Notes under the pieces: model-generated
The model's database searches: none
Told to the model about the DNA's origin: nothing
The model's input: the letters and a program-made list of their open reading frames with translations, nothing else
IMG/VR virus record: IMGVR_UViG_3300005613_000002
Span: 257,625-321,624 of that record
DNA length: 64,000 nucleotides
Reading direction: 5' to 3' (one strand)
Made by a program: the position numbers and the translations under genes
In this document: piece by piece, positions 10,022 to 19,656 of the stretch
How the letters are laid out: every line of letters begins with the position of its first letter
How positions within the stretch are numbered: the first letter of the stretch is position 1

Positions 10022-10456
10022 TTATTTTAGTTTTAATGTTTTTATTTTATTTTCAACATTATCCAATTTAACTTTAGCATCATTAAAATGTATTCTAGCA
10101 TATTCACTACCATGCCTATCAAGTTCACGTTTAGCTTTATCGTATTTTGTTTGTAATGGGTATAGGATTTTTTCTAATTCTCTAATTTCCTTTTTTCTTA
10201 AAGCATCAGCAACTCTATCATCCTGATTTAATGGTTCACCCATTGTTGTATGTAATGGGATTACATCTGGAATTCCAAATTCAGGATAATTACCTGCCCA
10301 AAATGTGACTTGTCTATTAGCATTACCTAGTTTAGTATATACTTTAGCTTTATTTATGTTATCAACCCAATTATCACCATAACCACTATAGCCTTTAGGA
10401 CGAAAATACTTTCCTTCTTTATTTCTAATTACGTAAAATGTTAAATTTTCCATCAT
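10022..10456 (-). CDS. hypothetical protein with C-terminal coiled coil
   Basis: 144 aa ORF directly downstream of an ECF-type promoter. Confidence 0.7.
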   Translation of the reverse strand: MMENLTFYVIRNKEGKYFRPKGYSGYGDNWVDNINKAKVYTKLGNANRQVTFWAGNYPEFGIPDVIPLHTTMGEPLNQDDRVADALRKKEIRELEKILYPLQTKYDKAKRELDRHGSEYARIHFNDAKVKLDNVENKIKTLKLK

Positions 10457-10466
10457 TTTTATTTTA

Positions 10467-10492
10467 TACGAAAACTGTCCCGAATTGTTACA
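10467..10492 (-). promoter_or_regulatory. ECF-type promoter TGTAAC-N16-CGTA
   Basis: Exact motif; -35 box lies in the loop of the 10476-10504 hairpin. Confidence 0.8.
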
Positions 10493-10504
10493 AAATTCGG
10501 GACA
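10476..10504 (-). terminator. intrinsic terminator / inverted repeat after thg1
   Basis: 11-bp perfect stem TGTCCCGAATT/AATTCGGGACA, 7-nt loop, short T run on minus strand. Confidence 0.6.
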
Positions 10505-10508
10505 AATA

Positions 10509-11309
10509 TTAAATATCTTTAGGTATTCTACTTGTTAGAAAATCTCTATCTTTAGTAAATGTTGGACATTCATCTGCAACCCAAACATTTCTACTATAAG
10601 CAAATTGTGCTTTATCTTTACTAACATATGGTGTTTCCATATCAACTTTTACTTTAGAAATAAATCTACCTCGTTTTTGTGTTGCTGGATAATCATTCCA
10701 ATTTTTACCTTTTTTGTGAATCATTTCCTGCTGAACACTACCATTCTTATTTTTTAATTCTTCGGTACTATACAGACTTTGAGCAACACTTGAAATTGAG
10801 TTACGTACACAATCTTGTTGCCTCCAGATAAAATAGTTCTCAACTTCAACATCCATTGGAATTGTAAAAGTGCGTGCATCAAAATCAGCAAGTTTAATTA
10901 AATCAATAACATCAGGAGTTAAAATATTATTATTATTTATACATCTTCTACTTATCCTCAATTGATTAAATTTACTTGCAGCAAGACTTGATGAAATACT
11001 TACAATTTTCTGAATATTTCCATCAAACCAAGCATCAGTGCCAATTTTTTCGAAATCTGTAACAAGAATTGAAATCTCGTCAGATTGAACATAAGCGAAT
11101 TTAGCACCCTGAATATTTTTACAAAGGTAACATGCAGTTTCATTCATATCTTCGATCAAATCATCATCAAATGGTCTTACACAACCTTTTGTGTATGTAT
11201 GAAATGCTTTCCCATCTATACGAATAATTGTATATGTTCTACGAGGTAAAAGGATTCTTGTCCTATTCTCGTAATTTTTTTTCATTCTATCACCTAATTC
11301 GTCTTTCAT
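10509..11309 (-). CDS. thg1: tRNA(His) guanylyltransferase Thg1 family
   Basis: IIRIDGKAFHTYT, YVQSDEISIL, FDARTF, YFIWRQQDCVRNSIS. Confidence 0.92.
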   Translation of the reverse strand: MKDELGDRMKKNYENRTRILLPRRTYTIIRIDGKAFHTYTKGCVRPFDDDLIEDMNETACYLCKNIQGAKFAYVQSDEISILVTDFEKIGTDAWFDGNIQKIVSISSSLAASKFNQLRISRRCINNNNILTPDVIDLIKLADFDARTFTIPMDVEVENYFIWRQQDCVRNSISSVAQSLYSTEELKNKNGSVQQEMIHKKGKNWNDYPATQKRGRFISKVKVDMETPYVSKDKAQFAYSRNVWVADECPTFTKDRDFLTSRIPKDI

Positions 11310-11311
11310 TT

Positions 11312-11491
11312 TTATTTTAGTAATTTATTTAATATAATACCATTTTCTGCGTAGAAATCTGATAATTCATAACCACGTTTTTTACAACCAACTTCAATTA
11401 GTTTATCTTGAGCAGCTTCACCATCATACCAACCAGTTTTACTTTTGGCTGATCTTACAATACTTCTTCTTTCTTTATGTGTCATTAACAT
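11312..11491 (-). CDS. small hypothetical protein (59 aa), not in ORF track
   Basis: Manual translation MLMTHKERRSIVRSAKSKTGWYDGEAAQ...KLLK-stop, ends 2 nt before thg1 start. Confidence 0.55.
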   Translation of the reverse strand: MLMTHKERRSIVRSAKSKTGWYDGEAAQDKLIEVGCKKRGYELSDFYAENGIILNKLLK

Positions 11492-11537
11492 TTATTCTTT
11501 TTCATTATAATCATTATGGTAACACTCCTAAAAAATA

Positions 11538-12233
11538 TTAATTTTCCACTTTTTCTTTTTTCTTTTTATCGTCCCAAAATTTTTCACTATTTTCGAAAAA
11601 TATTTCAGAGAAAATTATTAAACCATCTTTAATTGTTTTCATTGATTTATTTTTTCTTTCAAAAACTTTGGAAGCATGAGTTAATCTGTTTTGTAGTGAA
11701 ATAAATCTCTTATTCTTAGCTTCAATTTCTTGTTCTAAGTCAACAATTTTTAGTCTTAATTTATTAATTTCTTTTTTTTGTAATTCAACAATTGTTGGAG
11801 AATTATTTTCTTTTCTTAGAACAACAGTATCATTTTCAAATTCAATTGAACTTTGTGTATCAATATTACTTGATTCATTTGCTTTTTTTTGTTTTAGTTT
11901 TTCACATGAAATACGTTTCACATTATAAACATGAGTATGTAATTCATTAGCAACTTTAAGTAATTCATTTTCATTTGATAAATCTGCACCTATCCATTTA
12001 TAATATTTAACACCATCAATTACTTTTTCATGTAGTAATTCTTTTCTTAAAAATAATTTAAGAGAATAATCATCTGCAATTTTATGTTTTTTTGTTAACA
12101 AAATACCATCTGGTTTAAAAATAACATCCCTAAGAACTAAGGATTCATTTTTTGTAACATTAAAAACATCTAATAAGAATAATTCGACTTTTTTTGTCGT
12201 ACTTTTACGTTTACTACTTTTAACTGTTCTCAT
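11538..12233 (-). CDS. hypothetical protein with coiled coil
   Basis: 231 aa; heptad-rich C-terminal half. Confidence 0.7.
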   Translation of the reverse strand: MRTVKSSKRKSTTKKVELFLLDVFNVTKNESLVLRDVIFKPDGILLTKKHKIADDYSLKLFLRKELLHEKVIDGVKYYKWIGADLSNENELLKVANELHTHVYNVKRISCEKLKQKKANESSNIDTQSSIEFENDTVVLRKENNSPTIVELQKKEINKLRLKIVDLEQEIEAKNKRFISLQNRLTHASKVFERKNKSMKTIKDGLIIFSEIFFENSEKFWDDKKKKEKVEN

Positions 12234-12249
12234 TTTATTTTGTTTTATG

Positions 12250-12636
12250 TTAATCTTTCCAAGTTGTTTTTGGTAAATATTTATCGTATGATTCTTTCTT
12301 ACCTATCGCACTGTTAACTGCATTCCAATCATCATCACTTAAACCTTTTTTCCAACCATCCCAGAACCGATACCATTTCCAATAATCACCATTTTCTGAA
12401 TCTTTAGCGGATTCTGGGTCAACACCAAATCGCATTAAGTTATCAACAGCAAATTGTTGAAGTTCCCTAACATTTGTAACATCAGCAGAAATTGCTTCAT
12501 GTGATTCTACTGGGATTCTACCATTAGCCATATCATGAGTCATTCTCCAAATAAATGCACCACATTCATCAATTAAAAAATACGTATCAATTTCATTCGA
12601 TTCAAGTATTTTAGTTTTTTCTTTTTCTTCAATCAT
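12250..12636 (-). CDS. hypothetical protein
   Basis: 128 aa ORF. Confidence 0.7.
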   Translation of the reverse strand: MIEEKEKTKILESNEIDTYFLIDECGAFIWRMTHDMANGRIPVESHEAISADVTNVRELQQFAVDNLMRFGVDPESAKDSENGDYWKWYRFWDGWKKGLSDDDWNAVNSAIGKKESYDKYLPKTTWKD

Positions 12637-12647
12637 TTTAATTTATT

Positions 12648-13670
12648 TTAAAGATTATACACGTTATCATCTAAATATTTAAACCAGAATACTCTAGCTT
12701 TTGCTGAAATAGCTGAACCAATTTTCTTAGGGTCAATACCACTTTCAACCATAGTATCACTTTCCTCTTTAATTACATCATGATAAACCCATCTAAGATA
12801 ATCACCAGTAGTTGTTTCATCAATTGGTTTACCTAATTCTTTCATTTTATCAACACCCTGTGACATTCTGTTCTCAGTTACAGCGTATTCAATAAATTCC
12901 TGAATATTTTTTATTGCTTCAACATCAACAGTTACTAATTTTTTTATTTTACTACTTTGATGTTTTTCACCTTTAACCTTAAAAACATATTTAACATCAT
13001 TATTGATATATTCCCAAACAATTCCTTCTCCCCTTCCTTCAATTCCAAAATATTTTGCAACTGGACATTCATTTTCAACTTGAAGCATTAATTCAATTAA
13101 ATCATTTTGAATAAGTTGTGGGTTATTAAAATCAATAACCATTTCAAATGTTCCAAATTGAAGTATGTTGAAAATTCTTTCATCTTCACTAATTAATTGC
13201 GGGAATTCATCAATATTATGATAAACATCATCAATTCTAATAGCAAAAATAACAAGCATTTTAGGTAGATGTGTAATTCCTACTTTTTTCTGAATACTAC
13301 TTCCACACCATTCACCATAAATTCCACATGATTCATTAAATTCAATACCATCAAATAGCTTTTTATAATCTTTTGCTAACATTTCTTTAGCAAAATCATA
13401 ATTATCATCATCAGGTAAATCATTAATATCAATAACTCTTTCCCTTGTTTGGAAATCATAACGTTCAATATTACCATCAGAATCTTTCCAAGCTACAATC
13501 CCTGAATTAGTACCATGTAACTTTACTGTTCCTCTAAACCTAAGTGTTGGGTATGGCGTATCATGTTTAAATCTTGCCTTATTATTTTCATCCCTACCAC
13601 AATAATCATGACGTTCTCTAACTGATTTAATGGTATTTCTAAATTGACCTATATCTGTATAACTTTTCAT
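12648..13670 (-). CDS. RNA ligase, Rnl2-like
   Basis: Nucleotidyltransferase motifs TVKLHGTN, IYGEW, EGIVW, FKVKGEKH, plus a helical C-terminal domain. Confidence 0.85.
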   Translation of the reverse strand: MKSYTDIGQFRNTIKSVRERHDYCGRDENNKARFKHDTPYPTLRFRGTVKLHGTNSGIVAWKDSDGNIERYDFQTRERVIDINDLPDDDNYDFAKEMLAKDYKKLFDGIEFNESCGIYGEWCGSSIQKKVGITHLPKMLVIFAIRIDDVYHNIDEFPQLISEDERIFNILQFGTFEMVIDFNNPQLIQNDLIELMLQVENECPVAKYFGIEGRGEGIVWEYINNDVKYVFKVKGEKHQSSKIKKLVTVDVEAIKNIQEFIEYAVTENRMSQGVDKMKELGKPIDETTTGDYLRWVYHDVIKEESDTMVESGIDPKKIGSAISAKARVFWFKYLDDNVYNL

Positions 13671-13946
13671 TTATAATTTTTCAAATAAATTTAATTCTTT
13701 TTTTACTGAATTTGGGTAATTCACAAATTCCTTTTCACCCATATCGTTAATTATTCTACTATAAGTTTCATCATCACAAAAAACTAATTTTGGAGTATCA
13801 TACCTCCAATAACATTCTGATGAACCACCACTAGATTTTTCAATTGGTTCTTTCATTCCTTCAACTGTTTTACCTATCATAAAACCATCAGGTCTTTGAC
13901 CAAACTCATACTCAGTGCAATAACTAATGTAAATTGGATTATTCAT
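13671..13946 (-). CDS. hypothetical protein
   Basis: 91 aa ORF downstream of ECF promoter. Confidence 0.7.
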   Translation of the reverse strand: MNNPIYISYCTEYEFGQRPDGFMIGKTVEGMKEPIEKSSGGSSECYWRYDTPKLVFCDDETYSRIINDMGEKEFVNYPNSVKKELNLFEKL

Positions 13947-13962
13947 AACTTTTTATTTATTA

Positions 13963-13988
13963 TACGTAATTAATAATATTTTGTTACA
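13963..13988 (-). promoter_or_regulatory. ECF-type promoter TGTAAC-N16-CGTA
   Basis: Exact motif; would drive 13671 ORF and RNA ligase. Confidence 0.8.
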
Positions 13989-13991
13989 ATA

Positions 13992-14231
13992 TTAATTATT
14001 TAATTGTTTTTTATGCTTTTGTCTTTCCTTATCTTTCAATATTTTTCCGTTCCTTCCTAAATGATATTTATAACATTTTTTACATTTATATGGAACAACT
14101 TTATGAATTACATGGTCTTTAGAATTAATGATTTTAGCAACTTCAATTGCTTCATCTTGTGTATCATAACTCTTTTTTTGTCGATATATAGGTTTCCCAT
14201 CTTCATATCTCTCAACTCTACTACAATCCAT
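13992..14231 (-). CDS. small zinc-binding hypothetical protein
   Basis: KKSYDTQDEA...YKCKKCYKYHLG. Confidence 0.6.
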   Translation of the reverse strand: MDCSRVERYEDGKPIYRQKKSYDTQDEAIEVAKIINSKDHVIHKVVPYKCKKCYKYHLGRNGKILKDKERQKHKKQLNN

Positions 14232-14235
14232 TGGT

Positions 14236-14517
14236 TTATTTCTTTTTTAATCTAAAACTTTTATTTTGTTTCTTAGCTCTTAACTTCCAAGCTAATATAA
14301 TTTCTTTACCAATTTTTTCTGCCATATGTTGAGCATTTACACAATATGGTAAACATTTATGTTCAATATCCTTCCCATTAGCAGTTGCAGTGGCATAATA
14401 AACATTTTGACCAGCATCAATTAAACCTTCATTTTTATGGAGTTTAGCTTCTACAATCAATTCTTTAGCTTCTCTATCGATTGTATACTTCTGTTTATAT
14501 GCACCTTTAAATACCAT
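14236..14517 (-). CDS. hypothetical protein
   Basis: 93 aa ORF coupled to ligase stop. Confidence 0.6.
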   Translation of the reverse strand: MVFKGAYKQKYTIDREAKELIVEAKLHKNEGLIDAGQNVYYATATANGKDIEHKCLPYCVNAQHMAEKIGKEIILAWKLRAKKQNKSFRLKKK

Positions 14518-15917
14518 TATGTTAATAACTTTGATGCGTTTTCAATTAGTTTAATCTGTTCAAATGTATCTGCAACAGTCTTATCATCTCTAAGCACTTT
14601 AAATACTGGATGAAACATTGAGAACTCACCTTTTGAATTATGTGATATCCCACATGATTTAACTTCTACAATGGTATTTAATAATGAATCTTGATTTTCT
14701 TCAATCAACTTCATAGTGTATTCATCAATTCCTGTTGGTTTTGATTTAAGTTTACCACATTCGGAAATACATGTTAATGATGAAACCACCTCTGAGTTTT
14801 TACCAGTGCCATAATTAAAACCAATAATTTTTAAATCAACATTGATTTCAAGTTTCATTTTAATTTGCCATTTATCTTTCCCATCTTTCCATACTCCTTC
14901 AATATCTTTAAGAATTGTACCTTCAAGACCACTACTTAATGCTTCTTGGAAATGTTCAACAGCTTCACCATATGAATAAACTAATTTACTTTCAACAATA
15001 CGTATATTTTTACAACCACTATCATTGATAATTTTAATCAATAAATCACGCCTATCATCATACTTTACTGTGCTTTTAATTTTACTACCTTTTAAGAAAT
15101 ATTCTTCAATTTCTATCCTATCCCACACAGTATAAGCGATTCTTTTAACAAAAGATTGATAATCACCATGTTTCTTAGTAAAGTTTGCTATTTTTTTATT
15201 TGTTTCAGCTTCGGTACGTTTTTTCCTTTTTCCTTCAATATCAACAATTGAAGCTATAATGCCATTTGCTACTAAACGACTTGGTTCACCATCAATAGTT
15301 AATTCACCATTGAATACACCATCAGATAATTGTGCTAATTCTTTAAGGAATGTAGCATCACCTACAGGTGTTTCTTCTCCTTGTCTTGTAACCAATTGAA
15401 CTTGACCATTTTGTATAATTGCGTTTTGATAACGACCATCCATTTTAATATCTGAACGAACTGCTCTACCATTTTTAAATAAATTCCTAGCTAATTCTTC
15501 GGTAAATGGTTTAGCACCCATATATGGTGTCTTTTCAATTAGTTCAGGGAAAATTTTATTAATATTACTAGTACCCATTCCAATTTTACAATCTTTTTCA
15601 ATAATGCGTTCAATAATATATGCATCATCAGACTCACAACACATTAGAATCTCTCTAAGATGCTTAATTGCTTCATGACCAGTAACTGATCTTTTAGTTA
15701 ATAGTTCTAAACCATTTAACGCACCTGCTAATGGATGGGAATGTGTTTCCAATCTACTATATTCAGGAATTTGTTTTATGTAGAATTTAACTCTAGGTGA
15801 GTTGGCTAAATATAGAACACGTTTTAAAAGTTCATTATCCTTATACTTTGAAAGTATATTCATTTTTTCATTAGTGCTTGATTCAGTAGCAATTTCATCA
15901 AAAATTTGTTTTATCAT
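14517..15917 (-). CDS. lig: ATP-dependent DNA ligase (T4 gp30-like)
   Basis: DIKMDGRY motif I, FNGEL, EGTILK, KMK, OB-fold FHPVFKVLRDDK. Confidence 0.92.
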   Translation of the reverse strand: MIKQIFDEIATESSTNEKMNILSKYKDNELLKRVLYLANSPRVKFYIKQIPEYSRLETHSHPLAGALNGLELLTKRSVTGHEAIKHLREILMCCESDDAYIIERIIEKDCKIGMGTSNINKIFPELIEKTPYMGAKPFTEELARNLFKNGRAVRSDIKMDGRYQNAIIQNGQVQLVTRQGEETPVGDATFLKELAQLSDGVFNGELTIDGEPSRLVANGIIASIVDIEGKRKKRTEAETNKKIANFTKKHGDYQSFVKRIAYTVWDRIEIEEYFLKGSKIKSTVKYDDRRDLLIKIINDSGCKNIRIVESKLVYSYGEAVEHFQEALSSGLEGTILKDIEGVWKDGKDKWQIKMKLEINVDLKIIGFNYGTGKNSEVVSSLTCISECGKLKSKPTGIDEYTMKLIEENQDSLLNTIVEVKSCGISHNSKGEFSMFHPVFKVLRDDKTVADTFEQIKLIENASKLLT

Positions 15918-15937
15918 TATAGTTGTTTTATTTATTA

Positions 15938-15963
15938 TACGAAATTATTAAAAAAATGTTACA
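15938..15963 (-). promoter_or_regulatory. ECF-type promoter TGTAAC-N16-CGTA
   Basis: Exact motif upstream of DNA ligase. Confidence 0.8.
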
Positions 15964-16713
15964 TTAAATGTTTTTAATATATGATTTAAACCAACGATAA
16001 AACATGAATGGTAAGATTCTATGGTCAGCAAAACCATAAAGACCACATGAAAAGAAGTCATGACATTCGATAACAAAATTTCTATCGTCATGAATTCCAA
16101 TATCCAATGTATATGCAACTGGTGCTGATTTATATGCTTTAATCATGTTTTCAATATCTTCAACACATGGAAACATTTTAAAATCTCCACTATAATATTG
16201 CATACCGACCAATTCACCCATATAAACGAAACAACGCCACTCGCTTTCAATGTCGATTAATTCTGATAGTTGATAGTTTCCAGCAGGTATTTTAGGTATA
16301 TCACCAATAACTTTTAAATGAATTTCTTCGGTAAGTCCTTTAATTTTATCATTACTTTTAAGAAAAAATTTACCAATTTCATTTTCCAAATCCATGTGGT
16401 TAATATTTTTTATGTCACGACAAGCATAGCTGAATAATTCTTCTGGAATATTAATGGGTTTTGGTTTAACACAATGAAATTGATTAAGAAATGCTAAAAC
16501 AAATTCAACACTACCAATCGGCACATAGTTAATATGAAATTCTTTAAATTCGAAATCACCATTATAATGACAATTCAAATATTTAACACTACATTTGGAA
16601 TCATTATTAACGTTTACCCAATTAAAATATTCGATTGACTTTAATAAAGTAAAACTAAAATCATGTTGGACTTTTCCATCAATTTTTTGTATTAAAAATT
16701 TCATAGTTTTCAA
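15964..16713 (-). CDS. ATP-grasp protein (DUF4343/R2K-like)
   Basis: VPIGSVEFV, FFLKS, SEWRCFVY, YTLDIG, VIECHDFFSCGLY. Confidence 0.75.
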   Translation of the reverse strand: MKTMKFLIQKIDGKVQHDFSFTLLKSIEYFNWVNVNNDSKCSVKYLNCHYNGDFEFKEFHINYVPIGSVEFVLAFLNQFHCVKPKPINIPEELFSYACRDIKNINHMDLENEIGKFFLKSNDKIKGLTEEIHLKVIGDIPKIPAGNYQLSELIDIESEWRCFVYMGELVGMQYYSGDFKMFPCVEDIENMIKAYKSAPVAYTLDIGIHDDRNFVIECHDFFSCGLYGFADHRILPFMFYRWFKSYIKNI

Positions 16714-16785
16714 TATATTAACATTAATTTATTACAAAACTAATTAAAATATTTAAAAGGTCAAATATTTCTCAAAAACAATTAC

Positions 16786-16816
16786 TTGTATTTATGAATC
16801 ATTAATCATATCTTTG
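16786..16816 (+). promoter_or_regulatory. Bacteroidota primary-sigma promoter (TTG-N20-TATCTTTG)
   Basis: Matches consensus; heads the plus-strand block. Confidence 0.65.
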
Positions 16817-16839
16817 TTTCAAATTTTAAATAAAAACAA

Positions 16840-17391
16840 ATGGAAAATAGAAATTTAGGTCATCTTATGCTAGACCTTGAAACAATGGGAAATAAGAGTA
16901 ATGCTGCTATTGTTTCAATCGGTGCTGTTGAATTTGATATTAACACTGGAGAAATAGGTAAAAAGTTTTACGAAAGAGTTGATTTACAATCAGCACTCGA
17001 TGTTGGTCTTAAAATTGATGCAAGCACTCTTTTATGGTGGTTACAACAAAATGAGAAAGCACGTAATGAACTCTGTAAAAGTGGTTTAAATATTTCAATA
17101 GCACTATTACGTTTAGAGAAATTCATGAAATCTCTTGGGAATTTCTTTATTTGGGGTAGAGGTGTGAGATTTGATATTGGGTTAATTGAAAATGCTTATG
17201 TTGCCGTTGGTTCTCATGAAATGCCTTGGAATTTCAGAAATGAAAGAGATGTTCGTACTCTTGAAGCACTAGCACCTGAAATCAAAAAGAATTGTATTTT
17301 TACTGGTGTTGAACACAATCCGATTGATGATAGTGTTTATCAAATTAAATACTGTACAGCAATATGGAAAAAATTATACAACATAAAATAG
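16840..17391 (+). CDS. DEDDh 3'-5' exonuclease (Rv2179c/ExoVIII N-terminal-like)
   Basis: LMLDLETMG, FDIG, RDVRT, HNPIDD; catalytic set intact. Confidence 0.85.
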   Translation: MENRNLGHLMLDLETMGNKSNAAIVSIGAVEFDINTGEIGKKFYERVDLQSALDVGLKIDASTLLWWLQQNEKARNELCKSGLNISIALLRLEKFMKSLGNFFIWGRGVRFDIGLIENAYVAVGSHEMPWNFRNERDVRTLEALAPEIKKNCIFTGVEHNPIDDSVYQIKYCTAIWKKLYNIK

Positions 17392-17392
17392 T

Positions 17393-17770
17393 ATGGTAAA
17401 CTGGCAAGAAGAATTAAAAAAATACACAGCAAAAAACATTAAAGCCAAATTAGGTGTAGATGTTTCAACTGAACAGATTGAAAATATTACCATTAGTATT
17501 GATGATTTAGATTTACCTAATCTTGAAAACAAAGATTTATCAATGATATATGCTTTTGCTATCATGGATGAAAATTTCGAACAAGCAAACATAATATTAA
17601 ATGAGTTAAAAAATAGAAATTGTTCAGTAAGAATTGACACTAATGATGTCGAAAAGTCAGCAATTATTGCCTTATTTAAAATTTCCGAACCAAATATTGT
17701 TTTATATGACATAAAAATGAAGATTTTACTTGATGGAATGATAATTGATTTCGAAAAACAAAATTTTTAA
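17393..17770 (+). CDS. hypothetical protein
   Basis: 125 aa, abuts upstream gene on the same strand. Confidence 0.65.
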   Translation: MVNWQEELKKYTAKNIKAKLGVDVSTEQIENITISIDDLDLPNLENKDLSMIYAFAIMDENFEQANIILNELKNRNCSVRIDTNDVEKSAIIALFKISEPNIVLYDIKMKILLDGMIIDFEKQNF

Positions 17771-17798
17771 AAATAAACAATAAAATAAAAAGATAAAA

Positions 17799-18158
17799 AT
17801 GGAAAATTTAACAATAGAAAGTTTTAAAGAAAAAGTATTTGATTATAGTGATAATAAAGAGTGGAAATTTATCGGTAACAAACCAACTGTTATTGATTTT
17901 TATGCAGATTGGTGTGCGCCGTGTAAAACAATTACGCCTATTCTTGAAGAATTAGATGTGGAATTAGAAAATGTTGATTTTTTTAAAGTCGATATTGAAG
18001 CACAAAGTGAACTAGCTCAAGTATTTCAAATTAGAAGTATTCCTTCAATACTATTTATCCCAATAGATGATAAACCACAAATGGCAATGGGTAGTCAAAC
18101 AAAAGAAACATATATTAATATAATGAAAGACACATTTAAATTGGAATTAATCGGGTAA
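17799..18158 (+). CDS. trxA: thioredoxin
   Basis: IDFYADWCAPCK, KVDIE, IRSIP. Confidence 0.92.
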   Translation: MENLTIESFKEKVFDYSDNKEWKFIGNKPTVIDFYADWCAPCKTITPILEELDVELENVDFFKVDIEAQSELAQVFQIRSIPSILFIPIDDKPQMAMGSQTKETYINIMKDTFKLELIG

Positions 18159-18162
18159 ATTT

Positions 18163-18188
18163 TGTAACAATTAATTCTGGGATTCGTA
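18163..18188 (+). promoter_or_regulatory. ECF-type promoter TGTAAC-N16-CGTA
   Basis: Exact motif, on the plus strand in front of a plus-strand gene. Confidence 0.82.
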
Positions 18189-18203
18189 TAATGAAATAAA
18201 AAG

Positions 18204-19010
18204 ATGGCTAAGAAAAATAAAATAACACCAGAAGAACAAGCGAATTTCCTGCTAAAAAGTAGTATTAAAGACATCGAAGAAAGAATCTCATTTGGTCAAA
18301 TTTCAGACCCAACGAGATTCTTTTCTATTGGTGACCGTGTGCATTATGGTGCTCACAAAGAAGTCTATGTAGAAGAAATTCATCGTAATGGAATGTATTA
18401 TACGCTACGTTGTAAAAATGTTCAACGTACTAGAGAAGTTAAACGACAGGATGAATTACAGATTGTTGCATGGCATGACACATTTTTATATAATGCACAT
18501 AAACAAACTTCCTTTAAAAAAGAAGAATTATATAGAATAACACAATCTAATTCTAGTATTGATTCTTTATTATGTATGGTATATAATTCTGGTGTTGATT
18601 TTGATGTAGAATACCAAAGAGATCATGTTTGGGAAATTTCTGATAAAGAAAATCTTATTGATAGTATTTTTAATAATATTGATATTGGTAAATTTGTATT
18701 TGTTCAACGTAGTTTTAGTGTAAATGAAAAACAATATGAAATTATTGATGGAAAACAAAGATTAACAGCTATTTGTGAATTCTATGAAGATAGATTCCAA
18801 TATAAAGGTTATTATTTTTCAGAATTATCATTTGCTGATAAAAATAAATTTGAAGGTCATAGTATTTCTTATGGTTATTTAACTGAACCAACCAAAACAA
18901 TGATTTATGATGCATTTATTAAATTAAACACATGTGGGAAACCAATGGATATTAAACACATCAAAAAAGTAAATAAGTTATTAATGATAGAATTAAATAA
19001 AAATAAATAA
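18204..19010 (+). CDS. DUF262 (GmrS-like ParB/Srx fold) protein with N-terminal extension
   Basis: YQRDHVW, LIDSIF, IIDGKQRLTAI, FIKLNTCG. Confidence 0.85.
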   Translation: MAKKNKITPEEQANFLLKSSIKDIEERISFGQISDPTRFFSIGDRVHYGAHKEVYVEEIHRNGMYYTLRCKNVQRTREVKRQDELQIVAWHDTFLYNAHKQTSFKKEELYRITQSNSSIDSLLCMVYNSGVDFDVEYQRDHVWEISDKENLIDSIFNNIDIGKFVFVQRSFSVNEKQYEIIDGKQRLTAICEFYEDRFQYKGYYFSELSFADKNKFEGHSISYGYLTEPTKTMIYDAFIKLNTCGKPMDIKHIKKVNKLLMIELNKNK

Positions 19011-19238
19011 ATGGGAAGATACGTAAAAGAAAATTCAAGAATCAATGTACAGTTTATTGATTCTGACACCGAAGAAGTGTTATTAGAAATAAATAATAGG
19101 AATCATTTAGATGTTGGTGAAATTTTTCCATCTAGTACTGTTAATGGAATTCTACAAAGAGAATTAGAAAAGAAAGGAAAAGAATTACCAGAAAATATTA
19201 TGGTAATAGCAGTAAGTGAATATAAATTAAATGATTAA
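19011..19238 (+). CDS. hypothetical protein
   Basis: 75 aa ORF. Confidence 0.6.
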   Translation: MGRYVKENSRINVQFIDSDTEEVLLEINNRNHLDVGEIFPSSTVNGILQRELEKKGKELPENIMVIAVSEYKLND

Positions 19239-19656
19239 GGCTGTACCATTTATTGAAACAATAGGTTGTGATAGATTCAAGAAATTTATTTCACAACCAT
19301 TTAAATTATCTATGTTATGTCAATTAGATGATACTGATAAACCAGTATTTTCACAATGGCGACATAAAAATATGGGTTCTTGGGATAAATTTACTAATGA
19401 TGATAATATTGTTCTTGAATTTTATTCAAATCAATATGATATAATACTACCTAAATGTAAAATGAGTATTATGTCTATTCCACAAACATTAGATGAATTT
19501 GTTTGTGATATGAAAAGGTACAATGTGCAACTATTTTGGGACGATATAATCGATTTAAAGTTTGAACCTAAAGAATACCTTCATAAGGACGAGATAAGTG
19601 CTTATTTCATTAATTTATTGGGTCAAATGGATAAATCTAAAGAATTACGATTATGA
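19231..19656 (+). CDS. hypothetical protein
   Basis: 141 aa ORF, overlapping start/stop coupling. Confidence 0.65.
   Translation: MIKAVPFIETIGCDRFKKFISQPFKLSMLCQLDDTDKPVFSQWRHKNMGSWDKFTNDDNIVLEFYSNQYDIILPKCKMSIMSIPQTLDEFVCDMKRYNVQLFWDDIIDLKFEPKEYLHKDEISAYFINLLGQMDKSKELRL

Noticed and set aside
17374-17712. 112 aa minus-strand ORF
   Set aside because: Antisense shadow of the 17393-17770 gene inside a coherent plus-strand operon.
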